Of a stretch of 64,000 bases of DNA, positions 43,707 to 53,853 are shown in pieces. Location of the stretch: contig CALDOZ010000010.1 in the NCBI GenBank assembly GCA_937912025.1, positions 4,710-68,709 of the forward strand, in the 5' to 3' direction. The stretch's first letter is position 1, and each line of letters opens with the position of its first letter. A program made the translations under genes and the position numbers. The notes below the pieces were generated by a model. The model was not told the origin of the DNA. It saw only the letters and a program-made list of their open reading frames with translations, and did not search any database. This stretch comes from an uncultured Clostridia bacterium. Lineage in GTDB: Bacteria; Bacillota; Clostridia; Christensenellales; Borkfalkiaceae.

Positions 43707-45581
43707 TTGCAAAACGACTTAGCCAATTATTTATTTCATCAAGGAACAAATTACAACGCTTACGATTATCTTGGGGCGCACTATGCCGTTAACAATGATA
43801 AAAGTGGCGTTGTTTTTCGTGTGTGGGCTCCTAACGCTATTAGCGTGTCGGTAATTGGTGATTTTTGCTCGTGGGATTATAATAAATATCCAATGAACAA
43901 ACTTAACGACCAAGGTGTTTGGGAGTTATTTGTTGAAGGGCTTAAAGAGTACGACGTATATAAGTACGCCATTAAAGGCAAAAGCGGTAGAATTGTAAAT
44001 AAAGCAGACCCTTATGCGTTTTTTTCTGAAAATCCGCCGTATACCGCGTCTAAAATATATTCGCTTGACGGTTATAATTGGCAAGACGATGAATATTTTA
44101 AAAATATAAAAGATAAAAATCATTTAAAAAGCCCTATAAACATTTATGAAGTTAATCTTGCTTCGTGGAAGAGAAAAGATAATGGCGACTATTATACTTA
44201 CGAAGAATTAAAAGTCGAACTTGTTAAATACGTTGTAGATATGGGTTATACACACGTTGAATTTATGCCCGTTTCAGAATATCCGTTTGACGGTTCGTGG
44301 GGGTATCAAGTTACGGGTTATTACTCAATAACTTCGCGCTTTGGTAATCCTAAGCAGTTTATGGATTTAGTTAACGAGTTCCACCTAAATAATATCGGCG
44401 TAATAGTTGACTGGGTTCCCGCGCATTTTCCAAAAGACGAACACGGTTTATATGAGTTTGACGGTCAGCCACTATATGAGTATCAAGGGTTAGATAGGCA
44501 AGAAAATGAAAATTGGGGCACTAGATATTTTGACCTTGGGCGACCTGAAATTCAAAGTTTTTTAGTGTCTAATGCAAACTTCTTGTTTAGCAAATTCCAT
44601 ATCGACGGTATTAGGGTTGATGCGGTAGCGTCTATGCTGTATCTTGATTATGACAAGCGTCCTGGGCAGTGGGTGCCAAACGAGTATGGTGAAAATATAA
44701 ATTTAGAAGCGATAGCGTTCTTCCATAAACTTAATAAAGCAGTGTTTGAACGATATCCGTACGCTTTAATGATTGCCGAAGAGTCCGCCGCTAAAGTTAA
44801 AATTACAGGTAGGGTTTGCGACGGTGGTTTAGGATTTAATTTCAAGTGGAATATGGGTTGGATGAACGACGTTTTATCGTATATGAGCGTTGACCCGTTG
44901 TTTAGAAAAGGTAGTCATAATAAACTAACTTTTTCGTTAATGTACGCTTTTAGTGAAAATTTCGTGCTTCCTATATCGCACGACGAAGTAGTGCACGGTA
45001 AAAAGTCTTTACTTGATAAAATGCCCGGTACTTATGAGCAAAAATTTGCTAATAATAGAGCGTTTTTATCATTTATGATGGCTCACCCCGGTAAAAAATT
45101 AACTTTTATGGGTGAGGAGTTTGGTCAGTTTAAAGAGTGGAATTACGAAGAGGGTATAGAGTTTTTTATGACTGTTTATCCGCTTCATTATAAGCTTCAA
45201 CAATTTTATAAAAAAGTTAATAACGTTTATAAAAATCAAAAAGCGCTATATTCTATTGACGATAGTTGGAGTGGTTTTGAATGGCTTGACGCCGATAATA
45301 GCGCAAATAACGTAGTAGCGTTTAATAGGCATTCTGGCGATGGGGAAGAAATTGTTGTTATTGTAAGTTTTAACGGAGCGCCTATTAATAATTATAAATT
45401 AGCAGTTAATGGTAAAAGATACGAGCGTATACTTAATTCTGACGATAAAGAATTTGGCGGTAATGGTTTAACTAGAAAGAACGTATATAATTTAAAACGC
45501 AATCGTGGTAATGGTAAAAAATATTTGCTTAAAATCGACATGCCGCCGCTCACTGCTGTTTATTTAAAAAAGGTTTTGTAA
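43707..45581 (+). CDS. glgB: 1,4-alpha-glucan branching enzyme
   Basis: I prefer the TTG at 43707 (GGAG at 43697-43700, 6-nt spacer) over the TTG at 43695. GH13 motifs DWVPAHF, GIRVDAVASM, IAEES, and ISHDEVVHGK. Confidence 0.92.
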   Translation: MQNDLANYLFHQGTNYNAYDYLGAHYAVNNDKSGVVFRVWAPNAISVSVIGDFCSWDYNKYPMNKLNDQGVWELFVEGLKEYDVYKYAIKGKSGRIVNKADPYAFFSENPPYTASKIYSLDGYNWQDDEYFKNIKDKNHLKSPINIYEVNLASWKRKDNGDYYTYEELKVELVKYVVDMGYTHVEFMPVSEYPFDGSWGYQVTGYYSITSRFGNPKQFMDLVNEFHLNNIGVIVDWVPAHFPKDEHGLYEFDGQPLYEYQGLDRQENENWGTRYFDLGRPEIQSFLVSNANFLFSKFHIDGIRVDAVASMLYLDYDKRPGQWVPNEYGENINLEAIAFFHKLNKAVFERYPYALMIAEESAAKVKITGRVCDGGLGFNFKWNMGWMNDVLSYMSVDPLFRKGSHNKLTFSLMYAFSENFVLPISHDEVVHGKKSLLDKMPGTYEQKFANNRAFLSFMMAHPGKKLTFMGEEFGQFKEWNYEEGIEFFMTVYPLHYKLQQFYKKVNNVYKNQKALYSIDDSWSGFEWLDADNSANNVVAFNRHSGDGEEIVVIVSFNGAPINNYKLAVNGKRYERILNSDDKEFGGNGLTRKNVYNLKRNRGNGKKYLLKIDMPPLTAVYLKKVL

Positions 45582-45641
45582 TATTACCTTAATTTTTTGA
45601 AAAATGCCGTTAATAACGGTTTATATGATACGGAGGATTTT

Positions 45642-46826
45642 ATGTTATCCAAAAAACAATGTATTGCAATGTTACTTGCAGGCGGTCAGGGAAGCCGTTT
45701 GTACACACTCACTAATAAAATTGCAAAACCTGCAGTTTCATTCGGTGGTAAGTATAGAATTATAGACTTTCCGCTTAGCAACTGTGTAAATTCGGGTATT
45801 GATACCGTTGGCGTTCTTACTCAATACCAACCGCTTATACTTAACGAGTATATCGGTAACGGACAACCGTGGGACTTAGATAGAAACTTCGGTGGCGTTC
45901 ATATTCTTTCGCCGTATCAAGCAAAAGAAGGCTCTGAATGGTATAAAGGTACCGCAAACGCTATTTATCAAAACTTATACTTTATTAAGCGTTACGCTCC
46001 TGAATACGTTTTAATTTTATCGGGCGACCATATTTATAAAATGGATTACTCTAAAATGCTTGAACAACATATTTTAACTGACGCTGATTGTACTATTGCC
46101 GCTATTAACGTGCCTATTGAAGAAGCGTCGCGTTTTGGTATTTTAAACGTTAATGAAGACGGGGAAATTTACGAGTTTGAAGAAAAACCTAAACAACCTA
46201 AAAGCACTCTCGCATCAATGGGTATTTATATCTTCAAAGCCGAAAAACTTTATAAATATTTAGAAGAAGACGATAAAATCGAAGGCTCTAAAAACGACTT
46301 TGGTGGTGACGTTTTACCAAGAATGTTATCTAAGGGCGAAAAGATGATGTCGTACGAATTTAAAGGTTATTGGAAAGACGTTGGAACTATATCTTCACTT
46401 TATGAAGCGAATATGGATCTTCTAGGCGATATTCCTAACCTTGATATTGACGATAGGTCGTGGGTTATTCGTTCAAGAAACCCAATTGCTCCACCTCATT
46501 ATATAAGCGATACTGCAAGAGTAGTTAACTCGGCGATAATTTCAGGCTGTGAAATTGAAGGAACGGTAGAAAATTCAGTACTTTCGCACAACGTTATCGT
46601 TGAAAATGGCGCTATCGTTAAAAACAGCGTTGTTTTTGCTGGTTCTATTATAAAAAGTGGCGCTGTCGTTGAAAATTCTATTATTGACGAAAACGCGGTT
46701 ATTTGCGAAAACGCTATAATAGGAAAGAAAAATACTGACAATAAAATTGCCGTTGTTGGTAGAGAAATTGTAATTTCGGCAGGTAAAGTTGTTGAGCCTG
46801 GCGCAATTATAGAAAAAAATATATAA
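45642..46826 (+). CDS. glgC: Glucose-1-phosphate adenylyltransferase
   Basis: I prefer the ATG at 45642 (GGAGG SD) over the TTG at 45597. [31 protein letters not shown], and a C-terminal left-handed beta-helix. Confidence 0.93.
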   Translation: MLSKKQCIAMLLAGGQGSRLYTLTNKIAKPAVSFGGKYRIIDFPLSNCVNSGIDTVGVLTQYQPLILNEYIGNGQPWDLDRNFGGVHILSPYQAKEGSEWYKGTANAIYQNLYFIKRYAPEYVLILSGDHIYKMDYSKMLEQHILTDADCTIAAINVPIEEASRFGILNVNEDGEIYEFEEKPKQPKSTLASMGIYIFKAEKLYKYLEEDDKIEGSKNDFGGDVLPRMLSKGEKMMSYEFKGYWKDVGTISSLYEANMDLLGDIPNLDIDDRSWVIRSRNPIAPPHYISDTARVVNSAIISGCEIEGTVENSVLSHNVIVENGAIVKNSVVFAGSIIKSGAVVENSIIDENAVICENAIIGKKNTDNKIAVVGREIVISAGKVVEPGAIIEKNI

Positions 46827-46838
46827 GGAGGTAAAGTT

Positions 46839-47951
46839 ATGAATGCATTAGGTCTTGTTTTTTCAAATATACATGATAGAAGCGTTCCTGAACTCACTCA
46901 GGAAAGAACTATGGGTTCAATACCGTTTTGCGGTAGATACCGTTTAGTTGACTTTACCTTATCTAATATGGTAAATTCCGGCGTTGCCAAGGTTGGAGTT
47001 ATTACTAAAAGCAATTATCAATCTCTTATGGATCATATTGGCTCTGGTAAAGATTGGGACTTAGCAAGAAGACAAGGAGGTCTTCATATTTTACCGCCGT
47101 TTGGTTTAAAAGGTAACGTTTTATACAATACTCGTCTTGAAGCGTTAAGAGGCGCGCAAAACTTTTTAAGGCGTTCTGATGAAGAATACGTTATTATGTC
47201 TGACTGTGATACCGTATGCAATATGGACTATGATAAAATTTTAAGATATCATACACACGTTAACGCCGATATTACAGTGGTTTACGTTAAAAAAGATGCA
47301 GGCGAACTTAAAGACGTTCAAGGCAAAATTATCGTTGAACCTAATCTTGACGGTAGAATTACTGAAATTTCAATAGATCCTAGCGTTGAAGGTGAGGTTA
47401 AATACTCAACTAACGTTTATATTTTAAAAAGAACGCTATTATTAACGTTAATTAACGATGCGATTTCTCACGGTTATTCTCACTTTGGTAAAGACGTTTT
47501 AGTTAGAAACGTTAATAATTTAAGAATTTTCGGTTACGAGCATTGCGGTTATTTCGTTGCTATAAATTCGCTTTACGGTTACTATAAAGAATCGCTTAAA
47601 TTCCTTGATAGAAAGGTTAGAGATGAAATTTTTAGAACTGTTGACGTGTTTACAAAAGTTAAAGATAGCGCTCCAACGAGATACGGCGCTAATTCGGTTA
47701 TTAAAAACTCTCTTATTGCCGACGGTTGCGTTATTGAAGGTGCGGTAGAAAATTCTATTATTTTCCGTGGTGTTAAAATAGCAAGGGGAGCGGTTGTTAA
47801 AAATTCTATAGTAATGCAAGGCTCTATCGTTGGTGAAAACGCTCAACTCAATTGTATAATTACAGATAAGAGTGTAGTTATAAAAGATAAACGCGTGCTT
47901 TCAGGTTGTGAAACGCATCCGTTCTATATTAGCAAAAACAATATAATTTAA
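46839..47951 (+). CDS. glgD: Glucose-1-phosphate adenylyltransferase regulatory subunit GlgD
   Basis: 370 aa. A GlgC paralogue lacking the GGxGxRL loop (it starts LVFSNIHDR...GGRYRLVDF). In the Bacillota glgBCDAP order. Confidence 0.88.
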   Translation: MNALGLVFSNIHDRSVPELTQERTMGSIPFCGRYRLVDFTLSNMVNSGVAKVGVITKSNYQSLMDHIGSGKDWDLARRQGGLHILPPFGLKGNVLYNTRLEALRGAQNFLRRSDEEYVIMSDCDTVCNMDYDKILRYHTHVNADITVVYVKKDAGELKDVQGKIIVEPNLDGRITEISIDPSVEGEVKYSTNVYILKRTLLLTLINDAISHGYSHFGKDVLVRNVNNLRIFGYEHCGYFVAINSLYGYYKESLKFLDRKVRDEIFRTVDVFTKVKDSAPTRYGANSVIKNSLIADGCVIEGAVENSIIFRGVKIARGAVVKNSIVMQGSIVGENAQLNCIITDKSVVIKDKRVLSGCETHPFYISKNNII

Positions 47952-48082
47952 TAGCAATTTTGCTAAACTTTATTTTGGGCTTGATAATAATTAAATAGTT
48001 TACGCTTAATTGTTATGTAGTAGATATAACAAAACCGAGTTACGTTTTTCGTAGCCCGAGTTTTGTTTTTAAAGGAGAATAT

Positions 48083-49543
48083 ATGGGTAAAAACAGTATA
48101 AAAATTCAAAAGAAAAACAGTATTTTATTCGTAGCGTCTGAATGTAATCCTTTTGCAGGGACGGGCGGTCTTGCCGACGTTATCGGTTCGCTTCCTAAGG
48201 CTCTTGCAAATAACTGCAATTTCGACGTTAGAGTTGTTGCTCCGCTTTATAAAGATTTTGCAACGGAATATCGTGATAAATTAAAATTTGTTACTAATTT
48301 TAACGTACCGCTTTCTTGGAGAAATCAATATTGTGGAATTTTCACTTATACGTTAAATAACGTAATTTTCTATTTTATTGATAACGAATATTATTTTAAG
48401 AGAGACGGTTTATACGGTTATTTTGACGATGGCGAACGTTTTGCTTATTTTTCTAAAGCAACTGTTGAAATGCTTAAAGTTATTGATTTTTATCCTAATA
48501 TAATGCATTGTCACGATTGGCAAACGGCTATGTCTATCGTTTACCTTAAAACGTTATTTAACGGCGTAAAAGGTTATAATGATATAAAAACCATATTTAC
48601 AATTCATAATATTGAATATCAAGGCAAATACGGTAAAGACCAACTTGGCGATTTATTTGGAATAGGTAACGAGTACTTAGACGTTTTAGAGTACGACGGT
48701 TGCTTAAACTTGATGAAAGGCGCAATGGTATTAGCTGATAAAGTTTCTACCGTTAGTCCAACTTACGCTAGTGAAATTAAGTATGATTTCTTCTCGCACG
48801 GTCTTTCTACAATTACTCAAGCATTTGAAGGTAAAACGCTTGGTATTTTAAACGGCATTGACGAGAGTTTGTTTGACCCTAGAACAAATAAATCATTGTT
48901 TAGTAGTTACGACGTTGATAATTTACAAGGTAAGTCGGTTTGCAAAAAAGAATTACAAAAAATGCTTAACTTACCAGAGCGTGACGTGCCTTTAATTTCA
49001 ATGATTTCAAGATTAGTTGCGCATAAAGGGTTAGACTTAGTTAAAGCCGTTGTCGACGAGTTATTGTGCGAAGACGTTCAACTTGTTATTTTAGGCAAGG
49101 GTGAAGCGCAATACGAGGAATTTTTTAAATATATTCAAGAGCGTTACCCAAATAAATGTCGCGCGATAATAGCGTATAATAGAGATTTGTCTACTAAAAT
49201 TTATTCGGGCTCAGATATGTTTTTAATGCCGTCTAAACAAGAGCCGTGCGGACTTTCTCAAATGATGGCGGCAAAATACGGCACCGTACCTATCGTTAGA
49301 AAAACGGGTGGCCTTGCCGACAGTATTACGCCGTATAATCGCGATAAAGAAAACGGTATAGGATTTAATTTTGAAAATTATAACGCGCACGAAATGCTTT
49401 TTGTTATTAAAGATGCTATTTACACTTATCAAAATAAGGATGAATGGCTTAAAATAATGAAAAGAGCAATGAACACGGATTTTTCTTGGCAAAAATCCGC
49501 AAAAGTGTACGAACTTATATATAATGAACTTTTAAGGAGTTAA
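48083..49543 (+). CDS. glgA: Glycogen synthase
   Basis: ILFVASECNPFAGTGGLADV, HCHDWQT, and PSKQEPCGLSQM motifs. 486 aa. Confidence 0.93.
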   Translation: MGKNSIKIQKKNSILFVASECNPFAGTGGLADVIGSLPKALANNCNFDVRVVAPLYKDFATEYRDKLKFVTNFNVPLSWRNQYCGIFTYTLNNVIFYFIDNEYYFKRDGLYGYFDDGERFAYFSKATVEMLKVIDFYPNIMHCHDWQTAMSIVYLKTLFNGVKGYNDIKTIFTIHNIEYQGKYGKDQLGDLFGIGNEYLDVLEYDGCLNLMKGAMVLADKVSTVSPTYASEIKYDFFSHGLSTITQAFEGKTLGILNGIDESLFDPRTNKSLFSSYDVDNLQGKSVCKKELQKMLNLPERDVPLISMISRLVAHKGLDLVKAVVDELLCEDVQLVILGKGEAQYEEFFKYIQERYPNKCRAIIAYNRDLSTKIYSGSDMFLMPSKQEPCGLSQMMAAKYGTVPIVRKTGGLADSITPYNRDKENGIGFNFENYNAHEMLFVIKDAIYTYQNKDEWLKIMKRAMNTDFSWQKSAKVYELIYNELLRS

Positions 49544-49544
49544 A

Positions 49545-51977
49545 ATGAACAATAAAGTTATGACAACAAAAGATGCAGAAGAACTTTTATCGGGTAAATT
49601 ATCAAGATATTTTGGTATAACCTTTGCCGAGGCAACACCCGAGCAAATGTATAAAGCCGTTGCAATGACGGTTAGAGATATTTTACTTGAAAAGCGTAAA
49701 AGTTATCATCAAAAAGTAAAAAACGCGCAAGGCAAAAGAGTTTACTATCTTTGCATGGAATTTTTACTTGGTAGATCGCTTAAAAATAACGTATATAATC
49801 TTGGAATTGAAGATCAACTTGGTAAAGTTTTAAAATCAAACGGTTTTGATTTAGAAGATTTATACGAACTTGAACCGGACGCTGGTTTAGGTAACGGCGG
49901 TCTTGGTAGACTTGCTGCGTGCTATATGGACGGTTTAGCAACGCAAGATTTACCAGCAATGGGTTACTCAATTAGATACGAATATGGTTTATTTAAACAA
50001 AAAATAGTCGATGGTTGGCAAATGGAACTTCCTGACGTTTGGCTTCCTGGTGGCGAAGTTTGGCTTACTCAACGTTTAGATAAGGCTTTCCGCGTTAAAT
50101 TCGACGGTAGAATTTTAGAAGATTGGACTGAAAACGGAATGAAAGTACGTCAAGTTGATTGTACTGAAATCGAGGCTATTCCTTACGATATGATGATATC
50201 TGGTAAAGATAGCGAAGCTGTTTCAATTTTACGTTTATGGGCGGCAAGAAGCGTTGAAAACTTCGATATGGCTTCCTTCTCGCAAGGTAATTATATGGAA
50301 AGTATGCGCCATAATAACGAGGCTGAACTTATTAGCAAGGTGTTATATCCGTCGGATAACCATTTTGAAGGTAAATCGCTTAGACTTAAACAACAATATT
50401 TTCTTGTTTCAGCAAGTTTACAAAATATTTTAACAGACCATTATTCAAGATATAAAACTTTAACTAATTTGCACGAAAAAGTTGCTATTCATATTAACGA
50501 TACGCACCCTGCGCTTTGCGTTCCTGAGCTCATGCGTATTTTAATGGACGACTACGGCTTCACATGGGATGATGCATGGCATATAGTAGTTAATACTATT
50601 GCTTATACTAACCATACCGTTATGCCGGAAGCGCTTGAAAAATGGAATGAAGATTTAATTGAACGCCGTCTGCCTCGTATTTATTCTATAATTAAAGAAA
50701 TTAACCAACGTTTCTGCGGTTTGATGTGGGATAAATTCCCAGGCTCTTGGGATAAGATTGAAAGAATGGCAATTTTAAGTCACGGTCAAGTTAGAATGGC
50801 AAATCTTTCAGTTATTGGATCACATAAAGTAAACGGCGTATCGGCGCTCCACAGCGATATAATAAAACAAAGCGTATTTAAAGATTTTGGCGAAGTATAT
50901 CCTGAAAGATTTACTAACGTTACTAACGGTATTGCGCACAGAAGATGGCTTTGTCAATCAAATAAAGAACTGTCATCATTAATTTGCGACCTTATTGGCG
51001 ACGGTTTTATTAAAAACGGCGCTGAACTTGAAAAACTTAAAGGTTACGTTGACGACCAAGAAGTTCTTAAAAAACTTAACGAAATTAAGAATATTAAAAA
51101 ATCTCAACTTTGCGATTATTTAAAGAAAAAACGCAATATTGATATTAATCCTAACACGTTGTTCGACGTTCAAGCAAAACGCTTACACGAATATAAACGT
51201 CAACTTTTAAACGCGTTGAATATCATTTCTATTTATAACGACTTAAAAGAAAATCCTGACCTTCCTATTCAACCTAAAACGTTTATTTTCGCAGCGAAAG
51301 CAGCGCCAGGTTATTATCTTGCTAAGCAAATAATTAAACTTATTTGCTATTTAGCAGAAGATATCAATAACAATCCTAACAAAAAAATTAGAGAAAAACT
51401 TAAAGTAGTTTATATTGAAGACTACAACGTTTCTATTGCCGAAAAATTAATGCCTGCAGCCGAAGTTTCAGAGCAAATTTCAATGGCTGGTAAAGAGGCG
51501 AGTGGTACTGGTAACATGAAGTTCATGATTAACGGCGCGCTTACTATCGGTACTCTTGACGGCGCTAACGTTGAAATGCACGGACTTGTTGGCGATGATA
51601 ATATATTCATTTTTGGTCTTAAAGCAAACGAAGTTGACGCGTTATGGCAACGTGGTTACAATGCTAGCGAGTTTTATAATAATAACCCACGTCTTAAAAA
51701 GGTTATTGACGCGCTTAGAATTGGCTTTAACGGTGAAAGTTTCAATATGATAGCAGACTATCTCGTTTCTCAACGAGGTATTGCAGACCCATATATGTGT
51801 ATGGCTGACTTTAACGACTATCTTCTTGAAAGAAGCAAACTTGAAAAAGTTTACCAAGATAAAATTTCTTGGGCTAAAAAATCCCTTATCAATATTTCGT
51901 GCGCTGGTTTCTTTGCTGCTGATAGGGCAATTATGGAATACGCTAACGATATTTGGGATTTAAAAGTTATTAAATAA
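49545..51977 (+). CDS. glgP: Glycogen/maltodextrin phosphorylase
   Basis: 810 aa. GLGNGGLGRLAAC, and the PLP Lys region EASGTGNMKFMINGALTIGTLDGANVE. Confidence 0.93.
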   Translation: MNNKVMTTKDAEELLSGKLSRYFGITFAEATPEQMYKAVAMTVRDILLEKRKSYHQKVKNAQGKRVYYLCMEFLLGRSLKNNVYNLGIEDQLGKVLKSNGFDLEDLYELEPDAGLGNGGLGRLAACYMDGLATQDLPAMGYSIRYEYGLFKQKIVDGWQMELPDVWLPGGEVWLTQRLDKAFRVKFDGRILEDWTENGMKVRQVDCTEIEAIPYDMMISGKDSEAVSILRLWAARSVENFDMASFSQGNYMESMRHNNEAELISKVLYPSDNHFEGKSLRLKQQYFLVSASLQNILTDHYSRYKTLTNLHEKVAIHINDTHPALCVPELMRILMDDYGFTWDDAWHIVVNTIAYTNHTVMPEALEKWNEDLIERRLPRIYSIIKEINQRFCGLMWDKFPGSWDKIERMAILSHGQVRMANLSVIGSHKVNGVSALHSDIIKQSVFKDFGEVYPERFTNVTNGIAHRRWLCQSNKELSSLICDLIGDGFIKNGAELEKLKGYVDDQEVLKKLNEIKNIKKSQLCDYLKKKRNIDINPNTLFDVQAKRLHEYKRQLLNALNIISIYNDLKENPDLPIQPKTFIFAAKAAPGYYLAKQIIKLICYLAEDINNNPNKKIREKLKVVYIEDYNVSIAEKLMPAAEVSEQISMAGKEASGTGNMKFMINGALTIGTLDGANVEMHGLVGDDNIFIFGLKANEVDALWQRGYNASEFYNNNPRLKKVIDALRIGFNGESFNMIADYLVSQRGIADPYMCMADFNDYLLERSKLEKVYQDKISWAKKSLINISCAGFFAADRAIMEYANDIWDLKVIK

Positions 51978-52044
51978 TTTTGTTAATTTTACTTATTAAT
52001 TAAATTAATTTTTAATTAAATAATGTAAACAGGTAAAACTATTT

Positions 52045-53853
52045 ATGAATTTGTACTATAATCCGCTTGATAAAAATTGCAAATTGCCGTTAGGCGCTAT
52101 TATGGAAGGTGAAAACTCTCATATTACTATAACGGCAAGCGCAAGCGACGTTAAGTTGTTTATTCGTAGCGACAAAACGGGTGATTTGTTAATTTTAAAG
52201 GGCGAAAAATTTAACGACAAGTTTAAATTTCAATTAAATAATTTAAAAGTTGGGCTATACTGGTACGTTTTTGAAATTGACGGTTACGTTTACGGTAGAG
52301 ATGACGATTTAAATCTTATTTTAGAAGATAATTTAAAATGGTATCAACTTATCGTTTATGATAAATCTTATAAAGTGCCTAATTGGTTTAAGGGTGGTAT
52401 AATTTATCAAATTTTTCCAGATAGGTTTTGCAAAGATGGAAAAACTCCTAAACTTGAAAAAGGTAAGGTTTTAAGAAATTGGGGAGAGCAACCGTATTAT
52501 AAACCTAATAAAGAAGGTAAAATGTTAAATAACGACTTCTTTGGCGGTAACTTTAAAGGTGTTGAAAGTAAACTTAGTTACCTTAAAGATTTAGGCGTTA
52601 CGGCAATATATTTAAACCCCATAACAGCGTCATATTCTAATCATAGGTACGACACGAGCGACTATTTAAAAATTGATAGTTTGCTTGGTGATGATAGCGA
52701 CTTTAAGCGTTTAACCGATAAAGCAAAAAGTTTAGGTATAACCATTATTTTAGACGGTGTTTACAATCATACGGGTGATGATAGCGTATACTTTAATAAA
52801 TACGGCAATTACGACACTATAGGCGCGTATCAGTCTAAAAATTCGCCGTACTACGATTGGTATATTTTTGAAAAATTTCCAAACAAATACAAGTGTTGGT
52901 GGGATATTTTAATTTTACCAACTATAAATAAAGACTCCGCCCAGTTTGAAGACTTTATTACTGGTGACGGTGGAGTTTTAGAAAAATATTTAAATTTAGG
53001 CGCTGGCGGGTTTAGGCTTGACGTTGTGGACGAATTGCCGTCGCGTTTTGTTAAAAAAATTAGAAATAAAATTAAAAGTCAAAATGAAAATTCAATTTTG
53101 ATTGGCGAAGTTTGGGAAGATGCTACTAATAAAATAGCCTACGATACAAGAAAAGAGTACTTTTTAGGTTTAGAACTCGATTCTGTTATGAATTATCCTT
53201 TAAAAAACGCTATAATCGACTACGTTTTAAATAAAAATTCACTTGGATTAAAGCGTACGGTAATAGAGCAAATAAACAACTATCCTAAACAAGCGCTTGA
53301 TTCGTTAATGAATATTTTAGATACGCACGACACCGCTAGAATTTTAACTGTGCTTGGTCGTGATAAAATTCCTAAAAACCGTAATGAAATGGCTCTTTCA
53401 ACGCTTAGCGAAAGTCAACTTGAAATTGCAAAAAAACGTTTATTTATTTCGGCAATTTTACAGTTTACTTTATACGGCGTTCCAAGTATTTATTATGGCG
53501 ATGAAGTTGGATTACAAGGCGAGTCCGACCCATTTAATAGAGCGTGTTTTCCTTGGGGTAATGAAGATAAAGAAATTTATTCTTTTTATAAAAAAATAAC
53601 TCAAATTAGGCGTGATAACAATATATTTATTGACGGCGATGTTGAAATAATTACCGCTGATAACGGATTGTTTGTATTTAAACGCGTAAAGGATAACGAA
53701 GAATTATACGTCGCTGTTAACGTAAATGAATACAAGTACGATATTTTACTAAATAACAATGCTACCGAACTTTTTTCGGGGCAAGTTGATAAAAAATTTA
53801 CTATTGAAAAATTTGGCTTTAAAATTATTAAAAGCAACGAGGCAACACTATGA
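52045..53853 (+). CDS. GH13 alpha-amylase family enzyme (neopullulanase/cyclomaltodextrinase-like)
   Basis: IYQIFPDRF, DGVYNHTG, GFRLDVVDEL, IGEVWED, and LDTHDTAR conserved regions I-IV. 602 aa. Ends in TGA. Confidence 0.85.
   Translation: MNLYYNPLDKNCKLPLGAIMEGENSHITITASASDVKLFIRSDKTGDLLILKGEKFNDKFKFQLNNLKVGLYWYVFEIDGYVYGRDDDLNLILEDNLKWYQLIVYDKSYKVPNWFKGGIIYQIFPDRFCKDGKTPKLEKGKVLRNWGEQPYYKPNKEGKMLNNDFFGGNFKGVESKLSYLKDLGVTAIYLNPITASYSNHRYDTSDYLKIDSLLGDDSDFKRLTDKAKSLGITIILDGVYNHTGDDSVYFNKYGNYDTIGAYQSKNSPYYDWYIFEKFPNKYKCWWDILILPTINKDSAQFEDFITGDGGVLEKYLNLGAGGFRLDVVDELPSRFVKKIRNKIKSQNENSILIGEVWEDATNKIAYDTRKEYFLGLELDSVMNYPLKNAIIDYVLNKNSLGLKRTVIEQINNYPKQALDSLMNILDTHDTARILTVLGRDKIPKNRNEMALSTLSESQLEIAKKRLFISAILQFTLYGVPSIYYGDEVGLQGESDPFNRACFPWGNEDKEIYSFYKKITQIRRDNNIFIDGDVEIITADNGLFVFKRVKDNEELYVAVNVNEYKYDILLNNNATELFSGQVDKKFTIEKFGFKIIKSNEATL

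Noticed and set aside
46499-46897. 132-aa minus-strand ORF overlapping the 3-prime end of glgC and the start of glgD.
   Set aside because: It lies antisense to the hexapeptide-repeat (left-handed beta-helix) region of a strongly supported gene. Its translation is low-complexity (I/S/T/P/F-rich) with no SD or promoter. This is the typical shadow ORF of a repetitive coding region.
47952-48082. Possible terminator or structured RNA in the 131-nt glgD-glgA gap.
   Set aside because: I found only a weak 4-6 bp stem (TAGCAA..TTGCTA with a 2-nt loop) and a direct CCGAGTT repeat. There is no stable GC-containing hairpin followed by a T-run. It is probably just an internal spacer, possibly with a promoter.
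51990-52032. The AT-rich segment ending in TAATGTAAACA superficially resembles the XerD arm of the Bacillus dif site (TTATGTAAACT, as I remember it).
   Set aside because: Only the right arm is similar. The left arm and spacer do not match. The position, between glgP and a GH13 gene, gives no support. It is probably chance in AT-rich DNA.
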